Sequence record: SRR20825019_1753
DNA: 57,383 nucleotides
Reading direction: 5' to 3' (one strand)
Shown here: piece after piece, positions 48,766 through 57,383 of the stretch
Numbering within the stretch: position 1 is the first letter of the stretch
Layout: every line of letters starts with the position of its first letter
The notes under the pieces: generated by a model
What the model was told of the DNA's origin: nothing
Databases searched by the model: none
The model's input: only the letters and a program-made list of their open reading frames with translations
Program-made: the position numbers and the translations under genes

Positions 48766-48822
48766 TGCGATATTGCAGATCACTAAGAAGTTTTGCATCA
48801 ACTTATGTGCAATATTGCACAT
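48766..48822. promoter_or_regulatory. Paired operator-like dyads upstream of mmsA
   Basis: Perfect palindrome ATGTGCAATATTGCACAT (48805-48822) and a related TGCGATATTGCA (48766-48777). Confidence 0.55.
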
Positions 48823-48889
48823 TATGATATTTTGCCGGGTGTATTGAAATTTCTTCAAAAACCGAACCACAACAGTAGCGCATCGGCTG

Positions 48890-48929
48890 AAATAAACTAA
48901 AGGCTTATAAAATAAACTAAAGGACCATA
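48890..48929. repeat. 20-bp tandem duplication
   Basis: AAATAAACTAAAGGCTTATA followed by AAATAAACTAAAGGACCATA. Confidence 0.8.
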
Positions 48930-49072
48930 AGGCATACGCCTTGCTAGCCCAGGCAACATAGTTTGACTTGAATTCTCAAAGCATCCCCCCCTAAACTAAC
49001 ACCGAAAGTCATAAACTTTCTGTTGGGATTAGTATGAGTTAACATAGGGCACTAACGTTACAGGGGGACGAC

Positions 49073-50287
49073 ATGAAAAGAGCAACCGCCTTAATTACAG
49101 GTCTGCTACTAGTGGCCGCCGGCGCTTTAAACTCACCAAGCTTCGCCGATGAGAAAAATATTCCCGAACCTTTCAGGGGAGAGACCAAAGGTTCTCCTAT
49201 TGAAATCCGCTATGATGACTGGAACGCCATTTTAGACATGACGGTTCTTGATGCTGGTACATCTGACCGGTCAGTAGCGTCTTCACCCCGGCCCGTGTTC
49301 GGTACCAGAACCGTCCGCGGCAATACGAGCAGCACGCGAAACGAAGGCAATCGTATCGCTTTCCCTGCCTTCGCTGACTATGAGGAAAACCTTAGAATTC
49401 TCGAACAGATCAAGACAGAATTAGAGGCGATACCCGAGCAGGCACCACTTCGGTTGTGGACGAAAAACGAACAACTGGCCTACTGGCTAAACTTACACAA
49501 CATCACCATTATTATCGAATTGACCAAACAGTACCCAATGAAGTCGCTCCGCCCTCTCCTTAAAGGGTCCCGCAAAGAGCCAGCCCTTTGGGACCAAAAA
49601 CTGATGACCGTTTCAGGCATTCCATTATCCCTGAATGACGTCCATGATATTCTAGTTGAGAAATGGGATAGCACCTTGGTGATGTACGGCCTGTTTCAAG
49701 GATATGTTGGTGGTCCTAACATTCAAGACAAAGCCTATACCGGTCGCACCGTCCACAAATTACTTGTCGAAAACGCCAAGGAATTTGTTAATTCCAATCG
49801 CGGCATGCGGCCCAAGGGTTCAACCCTGCACATCTCCGAATACTACAAAAAAAACAAGAAACTCTTCCCTGACTGGGAAAAGGACCTGAAGAAACATTTT
49901 GTCAGTCTTACAGAATTCGCCCTGCACGACCGAATTCAAAACGCCAAACGCATCAAGGCCTCAACAAACGACTTTTATATAGCTGACTTGTATGCTGGCT
50001 CTGCCAGTAAAGGTTCAGCGGCAGCATCAAACCCGGCGGCCTTAACAACCGCGCTAGTGAGCTCGAACGACGGGGCAGGCGAAATATTGCCTGACGTTAA
50101 TTTCGGCATCGGTGACTGGAACTTGGATACATATGCCAACTATCAACTGGCTCCAATCGAAAGTCGGTTCCCCGAATATGTCACTGAGTATATTCAGAAA
50201 GTACGCAAGAATAAATCTATGCGACCCGGCAATGTCGACGTCGAAGAGGTTGAAAACGAAACTCCCGAAAAGGAAGGCAATAACTGA
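49073..50287 (+). CDS. Secreted DUF547-like protein
   Basis: Signal peptide; EQLAYWLNLHN, LSLNDV, AKEFVNS. Confidence 0.75.
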   Translation: MKRATALITGLLLVAAGALNSPSFADEKNIPEPFRGETKGSPIEIRYDDWNAILDMTVLDAGTSDRSVASSPRPVFGTRTVRGNTSSTRNEGNRIAFPAFADYEENLRILEQIKTELEAIPEQAPLRLWTKNEQLAYWLNLHNITIIIELTKQYPMKSLRPLLKGSRKEPALWDQKLMTVSGIPLSLNDVHDILVEKWDSTLVMYGLFQGYVGGPNIQDKAYTGRTVHKLLVENAKEFVNSNRGMRPKGSTLHISEYYKKNKKLFPDWEKDLKKHFVSLTEFALHDRIQNAKRIKASTNDFYIADLYAGSASKGSAAASNPAALTTALVSSNDGAGEILPDVNFGIGDWNLDTYANYQLAPIESRFPEYVTEYIQKVRKNKSMRPGNVDVEEVENETPEKEGNN

Positions 50288-50331
50288 TCTTCCTGCTAGG
50301 CGAAGGACGCCTGATCGCGTAGACATAGTCT

Positions 50332-51231
50332 ATGTTTGACTGGAACGATCTACGCTACTTTCTTGAACTGGCTCGCCGCGGTAAACTTGCCGCGGCGGCC
50401 CTGCGTCTTGGTGTTGATCACACCACTGTCGCCCGCCGTATTGCGGCACTGGAAGAACAATTAAACCTGAAACTGTTCGACCGGGAAAACCGCTCCTATA
50501 AGCTCAATGAGAACGGCAGGCGGCTACTCGTACATGCAGAAAAGATGGAGGCAGGCTCTGTCGCCCTCCTTGACGAAATAGAGCCTACGTCCACTGAGGG
50601 ACCTTCTGGTACTGTGCGCCTCGCCACACCCGAAGCCTTCGGCAGCCAGTTCGTTGCACGCCATTGCACCAGCTTCCGCAGCCACAACCCCGGTATCACA
50701 CTCGAACTTGTTGCAGAAACACGCTCCCTTAACTTCAGTCGCCGGGATGCAGACGCAGCGATTACGCTTTCGCCGCCAGGGCATGGACGAGTGGTTTCTG
50801 AAAAACTGGGCGACTACCGGTTGAGGCTATACGCAGCCCCCAGCTATCTGCAGAAACACCCACCAATCGTGAGATTGCCTGACCTGAGCCACCATCACTT
50901 CATCTGGTATGTGGAGGACCTGCTGCCAGTACCCGAACTACAGATGCTTGATAAAGCCATTGGTGACCCTCAGGTTATTTTTCGCACCACAAGCGTGACA
51001 GGCCAGGCGCACGCCGCAGAAGCAGGCCTCGGCATCGCGCTCCTGCCCTGCTATCTCGCAGACCGGATGAAAGGCCTCACCACAGTCCTACCGAACGAGC
51101 TTTCGATACTGAGAGACTTATGGCTTGTGGTTCACGCGGAATTACACCCGGAGCCTCATATTGATCGGGTCGCCTCATTCCTGAAAACGCTGGTGACATC
51201 GGAACGCCGTGCCCTGTTGGGGGCTAGCTAG
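50332..51231 (+). CDS. LysR-family transcriptional regulator (candidate mms regulator)
   Basis: MFDWNDLRYFLELARRG...VDHTTVARRI; SRRDADAAI; divergent orientation relative to mmsA. Confidence 0.93.
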   Translation: MFDWNDLRYFLELARRGKLAAAALRLGVDHTTVARRIAALEEQLNLKLFDRENRSYKLNENGRRLLVHAEKMEAGSVALLDEIEPTSTEGPSGTVRLATPEAFGSQFVARHCTSFRSHNPGITLELVAETRSLNFSRRDADAAITLSPPGHGRVVSEKLGDYRLRLYAAPSYLQKHPPIVRLPDLSHHHFIWYVEDLLPVPELQMLDKAIGDPQVIFRTTSVTGQAHAAEAGLGIALLPCYLADRMKGLTTVLPNELSILRDLWLVVHAELHPEPHIDRVASFLKTLVTSERRALLGAS

Positions 51232-52019
51232 TCTGTAGCGGCGTTGCTTACCAGATATTTCCCGTGCCCTGTTTTCCGAAACAGGTTGCATAGGGGGGTC
51301 AAGTCCCGGCCGCAAGTGAGCATCTTTTCGCGTTTTGCGACCTCTTGCAAGAACTCCGCTGGCTCCCGGCCTGTCAACCTTGCGAGGTTATAGCACCGCT
51401 GCGGCATGAGCGGATTTCCCCAAGCATCCGACGCCTTCTCGCACGTCTGCAACGATAGCATCGCAGCCTGATAATCCCCAAGCGTCATAAGGACGTTGGT
51501 GTGCTTGATCAATGTCGAGCTGAGCATCTCGAGAAGATGCGGGTTCTTTTCGCCTTCAAGCAACAACGTCGCGTCTTCAATAACATTCTCCGCCGGCCCA
51601 TTGCCCACTGCATGCGCGCGTATCACCCGCATTGCAAGCGCAATAAAACGGTCAGCTCTCGCGTCCTTATTGAGGGTTGCCTCGATCTCATCCATCAGGG
51701 CTATTTTGCGCTGTGAACTTGCATAGTAGGGGCTGCGCTCCGCCAGGCTGAGAGAGAGGAACTGCCACATCGAGAGATCGTTTGCGTCCAACAGCAGCTT
51801 CTTCAATTGGGCAAGCTCGATTGATGCAGTTCTCGTTCGCTGGGTCAACCCGGCGTGCAACGCCTGTGCCTCATCACAATAGGGAAGCCAACGCCTGCCT
51901 TCACTTTGCGCTGCCAGACAGCTATCTGGCGCGAACGGGTTATCAACCTTGTCCTGTGCCATAAGGCTACTGTTCCAAGCCACCAGGAGGAATAGAGATA
52001 TTAGAAATCTTGATCTCAC
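51228..52019 (-). CDS. Secreted helical hypothetical protein with six Cys
   Basis: Signal peptide; fills the gap between the LysR gene and the kinase gene. Confidence 0.6.
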   Translation of the reverse strand: MRSRFLISLFLLVAWNSSLMAQDKVDNPFAPDSCLAAQSEGRRWLPYCDEAQALHAGLTQRTRTASIELAQLKKLLLDANDLSMWQFLSLSLAERSPYYASSQRKIALMDEIEATLNKDARADRFIALAMRVIRAHAVGNGPAENVIEDATLLLEGEKNPHLLEMLSSTLIKHTNVLMTLGDYQAAMLSLQTCEKASDAWGNPLMPQRCYNLARLTGREPAEFLQEVAKREKMLTCGRDLTPLCNLFRKTGHGKYLVSNAATD

Positions 52020-52050
52020 CGACTACTCACAAGTTAAATGTTACCGCGAC

Positions 52051-53163
52051 CTAACTGGTCGCCTTTTTCAACGCCCTACCTTCAGGGAACTTGAGGCACA
52101 CACTTGTACCCACGCCTTTTTTGCTCTCGATAAAAATTTCACCACCATGCAGTTGAATAAATGTCCGCACGAGTGAAAGGCCAAGCCCGGTGCCCTCGTG
52201 GCTGCGGGTCATCACGCTTTCAATCTGCCCAAAAGGTTCAAGCGCAATCGCGATCTCCTCATTGAGCATACCTTCCCCTGTGTCATTCACCATCAATGCA
52301 TGTCCGCCATCGGGCATTGTAAACGTTACCGCCGTAATCTTGCCACCTGACTGGGTGAACTTGATCGCGTTCGACAGCAGATTGAGGATCATCTGTTTGA
52401 CGATGCGGCGGTCAGCCCTCAGGTCGAGGCCCTTTACGATCTGTTTTTCTAGAGTGAGCCCTTTGTCACGTGCATTGAACTCAACTATCGGCAAACATTC
52501 GTCGAGCAACTCACCAAGGCAAAAGTCTTCTTCGTCCAACTCCAGCTTCCCGGCCTCCACTTTCGCGAGGTCGAGAATATCGCTGATGATATCCAAGAGC
52601 AGCTTACCACTACGGTGAATGAGATGGCTGTATTCTTCATACCTGCGCTCACCCAGCCGCCCAAACACCTGCATGTTCATCACTTCGGAAAAACCGATAA
52701 TTGCGTTCAACGGTGTGCGGAGCTCATGGCTCATTTTAGCCAGAAATTCCGTCTTGGCGCGGCTTGCGCGCTCGGCCTCTTCAACGGCTTGCTGCAACTG
52801 TTTTGTGCGTTGCCGAAGTTCAGATTCGGCAGCCTTCCGACGCCTGACTTCTTCTTCCCACAAAAGCGAAACCTTGAACCAGCGAGAGAGACCCAGGGCC
52901 GTAAGGAAAAGCCCCGGCACGTACCCAAAGGCCGCCACCATCAGGTTCCAGGCGTCTTTGCTTGCCATGGCATCAAGGTAGGGCTTCAGTGCGGTTTCTT
53001 CGAGATAGTCAACAAACGCCGCCATACACAGAAAAAATGAGCCGAGCAGAATCAGTTTGAGACCACGGTCCAGCCCGGTCAGCCGCCGCACTTTGGCAAG
53101 AAGCGTCACAGGCACCAGTATCATGCCTATCAGAATGAGCAGGTCAGCGTGCAATATGCCCAT
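52051..53163 (-). CDS. Membrane sensor histidine kinase, PleC/DivJ-like HisKA
   Basis: 3 TMs; [50 protein letters not shown]. Confidence 0.93.
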   Translation of the reverse strand: MGILHADLLILIGMILVPVTLLAKVRRLTGLDRGLKLILLGSFFLCMAAFVDYLEETALKPYLDAMASKDAWNLMVAAFGYVPGLFLTALGLSRWFKVSLLWEEEVRRRKAAESELRQRTKQLQQAVEEAERASRAKTEFLAKMSHELRTPLNAIIGFSEVMNMQVFGRLGERRYEEYSHLIHRSGKLLLDIISDILDLAKVEAGKLELDEEDFCLGELLDECLPIVEFNARDKGLTLEKQIVKGLDLRADRRIVKQMILNLLSNAIKFTQSGGKITAVTFTMPDGGHALMVNDTGEGMLNEEIAIALEPFGQIESVMTRSHEGTGLGLSLVRTFIQLHGGEIFIESKKGVGTSVCLKFPEGRALKKATS

Positions 53164-53483
53164 CAGCCCCTCCCTTCGGTGGCGCTAAAAGCGTATTTGC
53201 CGCGCAAACACATCTGTTGATCTGACATAGGTTCCCCAAGTAAACAGGTCGAGCAAGGCAGATTTAAGCAAATAACCTGTATTGGTGTCTAACATTTCTT
53301 CCGGGATTTGCCTTCAGGAATATTTTTTTCCTTCTTCCCTTCGCTATTTTTGCCTCCATTACATGAATAAAAACTGGAAAGAGAAGAATAGGTTCCGGGT
53401 TTACCATTGCGCTTATGCTGCCGCTGCGGCAAAACATCTAACAACCGGTTGAGATACCAATAGGATAACTCCTTAGCCATATT

Positions 53484-54533
53484 ATGCCGAAAATACAGAA
53501 AATATATATGTGGCCCGTGTGGTTTTTCGCTCTTTTCACACAGAGCAAGTCTTTCAAGGCGAATCCTTTCATCGGGTCACAGGTATTGAACCGAATGGGG
53601 CTTCATGTATTCCGCGTGCTTGCGGCTCGCATCTCGGCCCATTTTCGCTGGTTTCTACTCAGCCGCAAAATGCCGCAGTCATTACGCCATGAGTATGCGG
53701 AAAATGGCTTCTGTGTGATTCCCGATTTCCTGACACAGGACGAAATAGCAGCCATAAAAAGCGAACTGGCAAGTTTCAACGGCGAAACGCGGCAAATGAT
53801 ACAAGGCAACACAGCGACACAGCGCATTCTGATTACATCCGATACGAAAAAAATCCGCCCTACCCTGTCTGCCATCACAAACTCCTCTCGCTTTCTCCAC
53901 CTGCTGCAATACGCCGGTGCAAAAGCGACCATGCCGCTTCTCTATATCCAGCGCATACGCAACGGTTACCTTGAAGGAAATGCCGACCCGCAAAAGACCA
54001 TGCACTCTGATACCTTTCATCCCACAATGAAGGCCTGGTTGTTTCTGGAAGATGTGAAGCCGGAACATGGGCCGTTCACCTATGTACGCGGCTCAAACCG
54101 CCTCACGCCCAAGCGGCTCCGGTGGGAGTATCACCGGTCTTTGACTGCTGCCCGCTTGCATGATGGATACTCTGAGAAAGGATCGTTTCGCGCGGACGCA
54201 GTAGACCTCGAACAGATGGATTTGCCCGCGCCCGAAGGCATCACAGCATCAGCTGGCACACTTGTTATTGCCAATACCAACGGTTTCCACGGCCGTGGAC
54301 AGGCGGCACCGGGTGCCAACAGGATAGAAATATGGGCCTTTAGCCGCCATAACCCGTTCAACCTATGGCCCGGGTTCGGTTTTAAGGTCATGCGGGGCGT
54401 ACAACATTTTTTCCTGCAAGCCTATTGGCGCCACATGGACAAACAGGCTAAAAAACGTGGGGTAAGGTCCAGCTGGCATCTGATAGATGCAAAAGACATG
54501 TTGGAACATCAAAGGCCGGGGAGCCAAAAGTAA
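53484..54533 (+). CDS. Phytanoyl-CoA dioxygenase (PhyH)-family Fe(II)/2OG oxygenase
   Basis: ENGFCVIPDFL, HxD in MHSDTFH, GPFTYVRGS, distal His in GFHGRG. Confidence 0.85.
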   Translation: MPKIQKIYMWPVWFFALFTQSKSFKANPFIGSQVLNRMGLHVFRVLAARISAHFRWFLLSRKMPQSLRHEYAENGFCVIPDFLTQDEIAAIKSELASFNGETRQMIQGNTATQRILITSDTKKIRPTLSAITNSSRFLHLLQYAGAKATMPLLYIQRIRNGYLEGNADPQKTMHSDTFHPTMKAWLFLEDVKPEHGPFTYVRGSNRLTPKRLRWEYHRSLTAARLHDGYSEKGSFRADAVDLEQMDLPAPEGITASAGTLVIANTNGFHGRGQAAPGANRIEIWAFSRHNPFNLWPGFGFKVMRGVQHFFLQAYWRHMDKQAKKRGVRSSWHLIDAKDMLEHQRPGSQK

Positions 54534-55904
54534 ATGCCGAAGCACCCAATTTCTGTCGTCGTCCTCGCCGCTGGCAAAGGTACACGAATGAAATCCAAGC
54601 TGCACAAAGTTCTGCACGCCATCGGTGGCAAGGCGATGTTGCACCATTTGCTTGATAGCGTCGAAGAACTCTCTCCACAGAAAACCGTATTGGTTGTTGG
54701 TGCTGACCGTGAGCAGGTGGAAGCTCAAGCACGGGACTGTTCAATTGTTACGCAAACGGAACAACTGGGCACAGGCCACGCAGTTATGGTGACCAAAGCG
54801 GCACTTGAAGGCGCCAAGGGCGATGTTCTTGTGCTGTACGGCGATGTACCCTTCATCCCCAAAAGCCTGATGGATGACATGATTGTCGCAAAGGCTACAT
54901 CACCGAACACAGGCCTTGTCGTCCTGGGTTTCCGCCCCAAAGATGCAGCAAAATACGGACGCCTTGTCACCGCAGCCAATGGCTCGCTTGAGCGCATCGT
55001 TGAGTTTAAGGACGCCACAGAGGATGAACGCCAGATCGACCTCTGTAACTCGGGCATGATGCTGATTGACGGGGAGAAGATATTCCCATGGTTAGCGTCA
55101 CTCTCAAATGATAACGCTTCCGGTGAATATTATCTCACTGACCTTGTGGCAGCCGCACGCAAAGACGGCTGTAATGTTGCTGTTGTCGAAGCGCAGGAAG
55201 AAGATGTTCTTGGCATCAATAGCCGTGAAGACCTGGCGCTGGCAGAAGCAACCTTCCAGGACAGAAAACGCTGTGAAGCGCTTGCCGGCGGGGTCACCAT
55301 GGTCGATCCGGCAACGGTATATTTCAGCCATGACACAAAGCTTGGTGCCGACATCGCCATTGAGCCCGGTGTATATTTTGGGCCGAACGTAACTGTTGAA
55401 GACGGCGTAACCATCAAAGCGTATTCACACCTTGAAGGCACACACATCAGGTCTGGCGCTACGGTTGGACCGTTTGCACGCCTGCGACCAGGCGCTGACA
55501 TTGGCGAAGGTGCCAAAATCGGCAACTTTGTTGAGGTGAAAAAGGCCAAGCTTGAACACGGCGTTAAGGTAAGTCACCTGTCTTATATTGGGGACGCCAC
55601 CATCGGTGCAGACGCCAATATCGGCGCTGGCACTATCACCTGTAACTACGATGGTTTCCTAAAGTTCGAAACGCACATTGGCGCAGGTGCCTTCATTGGC
55701 TCCAACTCTGCCCTTGTTGCCCCAGTGACCATAGGCGATGGTGCCCTGGTAGGCGCTGGCAGCGTGATAACCAAGGATGTCGAAGGCGATGCTCTTGCTG
55801 TCGCCCGCGGCTTACAGCGCAACCGAGCAGGCTTTGCAGCCACCTTCCGGGAAACACAAGCAGCCAAAAAAGCGGCGCTCACAGAAAAACAGAAAGGGCG
55901 CTGA
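54534..55904 (+). CDS. glmU: Bifunctional UDP-GlcNAc pyrophosphorylase / GlcN-1-P acetyltransferase
   Basis: LAAGKGTRMKS, EQLGTGHA, LYGDVP, EYYLTD, GPFARLRPG, HLSYIGD, CNYDG. Confidence 0.98.
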   Translation: MPKHPISVVVLAAGKGTRMKSKLHKVLHAIGGKAMLHHLLDSVEELSPQKTVLVVGADREQVEAQARDCSIVTQTEQLGTGHAVMVTKAALEGAKGDVLVLYGDVPFIPKSLMDDMIVAKATSPNTGLVVLGFRPKDAAKYGRLVTAANGSLERIVEFKDATEDERQIDLCNSGMMLIDGEKIFPWLASLSNDNASGEYYLTDLVAAARKDGCNVAVVEAQEEDVLGINSREDLALAEATFQDRKRCEALAGGVTMVDPATVYFSHDTKLGADIAIEPGVYFGPNVTVEDGVTIKAYSHLEGTHIRSGATVGPFARLRPGADIGEGAKIGNFVEVKKAKLEHGVKVSHLSYIGDATIGADANIGAGTITCNYDGFLKFETHIGAGAFIGSNSALVAPVTIGDGALVGAGSVITKDVEGDALAVARGLQRNRAGFAATFRETQAAKKAALTEKQKGR

Positions 55905-55907
55905 GCC

Positions 55908-57383
55908 ATGTGTGGAATTATTGGAATACTGGGTAAAAGTGCAGCAGCACCGCGCATCCTTGAGAGCTTGAAGCGTCTTGAATATCGCGGCTACGATAGC
56001 GCGGGCATTGCCACACTGGATAACGGCGAGCTCACTCGCTGCCGGGCCCCCGGTAAGCTCGAAAACCTGAGCGCAAAGCTTGAGAAGGATGCTCTGGTTG
56101 GCAATAGTGGTATCGGTCATACCCGCTGGGCAACCCACGGCGAACCCACAGAGGCCAACGCGCACCCTCATATGACAGACCGTATCGCCATCGTGCACAA
56201 CGGCATCATTGAAAACTTCCGCACGCTCAAAACTGAGCTCCTTGATAAAGGCGTCACCTTTGAAGGCGAGACTGATACGGAAGTTGTTGCGCACCTCCTT
56301 ACCCGCTATTTGAACGATGGCCTCGCCCCCAAAGACGCTTTCCAGAAAACACTCAGCCGCCTTGAAGGCGCCTTTGCACTTTGTGTCCTTATCAAGGGCC
56401 AGAAAAATTTGATGTTTGGCGCGCGTGAGGGCAGCCCCCTTGTTGTCGGGCTGGGGGACGGTGAAAACTATCTTGGGTCAGACGCCATGGCTCTTGCGGG
56501 CCTCTCAAGCCGCCTGATCTATCTGGAGGAAGGTGACTGGGCTGAGTTGAGCCGCGAAGCCGTGCAGGTTTATGACGCTGGCGGCAATGCTGTAGCCCGC
56601 CCGGTTACACTCAGCCAGGTCGCCGCCACCATGGTCGACAAAGGGAACCACCGGCACTTCATGCAAAAAGAGATTTTCGAGCAGCCGACGGTGGTTGCTC
56701 AAGCTCTTGGCCGATACCTTGACCCCAACAAGGGCAAGGTACACCTGCCAGATATGCCGTTTGAGCTGGCAACTGTTCCCAAAATTACGCTCGTGGCTTG
56801 TGGCACCAGCTATTACGCGGCCCTTGTTGCACGCTACTGGATAGAGAAGCTGGCGCGTGTGCCTGTTGAGGTGGATATCGCGTCGGAATACCGCTATCGC
56901 GACCCGGTTTATGTTGATGGCGGTCTTGCGCTCTTTATCTCGCAGTCAGGCGAAACCGCGGACACACTCGCAGCGCTCAGGCACGCGAAAGCTGCGGGCC
57001 AGCATATCGGTGTGCTCGTAAACGTAATGGGGTCCTCGATGGCGCGCGAAGCGGACGTTGTTTTCCCCATTCACGCCGGGCCCGAGATTGGCGTTGCCAG
57101 CACCAAGGCTTTCACCTGCCAGCTCAGTGTCCTTGCCGCCTTTGCGATAAACCTCGCGGCTGCAAAAGGCCAAATCACCAGTGAGCAGGAGGATGCCTAT
57201 GTGGCAGAACTGGAAACAGCACCAAAATTGATGGCACAGGTGCTACATCATGATGAAAAACTGCAAGATATTGCGCGGTCAATTGCACACGCGCGTGACG
57301 TGCTGTTTGTCGGGCGTGGCATCCATTTCCCCATCGCCATGGAAGGCGCGCTCAAGCTCAAGGAAATCAGCTATATCCACGCC
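55908..57383 (+). CDS. glmS: Glutamine--fructose-6-phosphate transaminase (runs off window end)
   Basis: MCGIIG..., LEYRGYDSAG, GHTRWATHG, NAHPH, VHNGIIEN, ACGTS, SQSGETADT, EIGVASTKAF, EGALKLKEISYIHA; absent from the ORF track because no stop codon lies in the window. Confidence 0.97.
   Translation, partial: MCGIIGILGKSAAAPRILESLKRLEYRGYDSAGIATLDNGELTRCRAPGKLENLSAKLEKDALVGNSGIGHTRWATHGEPTEANAHPHMTDRIAIVHNGIIENFRTLKTELLDKGVTFEGETDTEVVAHLLTRYLNDGLAPKDAFQKTLSRLEGAFALCVLIKGQKNLMFGAREGSPLVVGLGDGENYLGSDAMALAGLSSRLIYLEEGDWAELSREAVQVYDAGGNAVARPVTLSQVAATMVDKGNHRHFMQKEIFEQPTVVAQALGRYLDPNKGKVHLPDMPFELATVPKITLVACGTSYYAALVARYWIEKLARVPVEVDIASEYRYRDPVYVDGGLALFISQSGETADTLAALRHAKAAGQHIGVLVNVMGSSMAREADVVFPIHAGPEIGVASTKAFTCQLSVLAAFAINLAAAKGQITSEQEDAYVAELETAPKLMAQVLHHDEKLQDIARSIAHARDVLFVGRGIHFPIAMEGALKLKEISYIHA

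Overview
This is a 57.4-kb chromosomal segment of an alphaproteobacterium; a marine Kordiimonas-like lineage is plausible from gene content but unverified. It is mostly core genome: trxB, an LsrB/VtlR-like LysR regulator, ybjN-family and ubiK-family genes, lgt-midA-pgeF-prs-rplY-pth-ychF, lrgAB-like genes, msrPQ, an M20 hydrolase-astA-astD-astB cluster, the valine catabolism (mms) cluster, and glmU-glmS. Accessory envelope and signalling genes are interspersed. I see no tRNA, rRNA, IS/integrase, prophage or CRISPR array. The best leads are non-coding. (1) At 13318-13637 an unannotated cluster of stem-loops with C-rich, anti-Shine-Dalgarno-like loops lies behind an ATGC-N7-GCAT LysR box, about 1.9 kb from the LsrB/VtlR-like gene; it is a candidate multi-domain sRNA locus. 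(2) Two NrdR-box-like sites 31 bp apart, plus a DnaA-box match, lie upstream of a YbjN-family gene rather than a ribonucleotide reductase. Other leads are a tandem pair of paralogous unknown membrane proteins, a His-for-Asp pseudo-receiver LuxR regulator, a perfect 22-bp LacI-type operator, and an Fe/2OG dioxygenase gene abutting glmU. All family calls come from motif recognition, not database searches.
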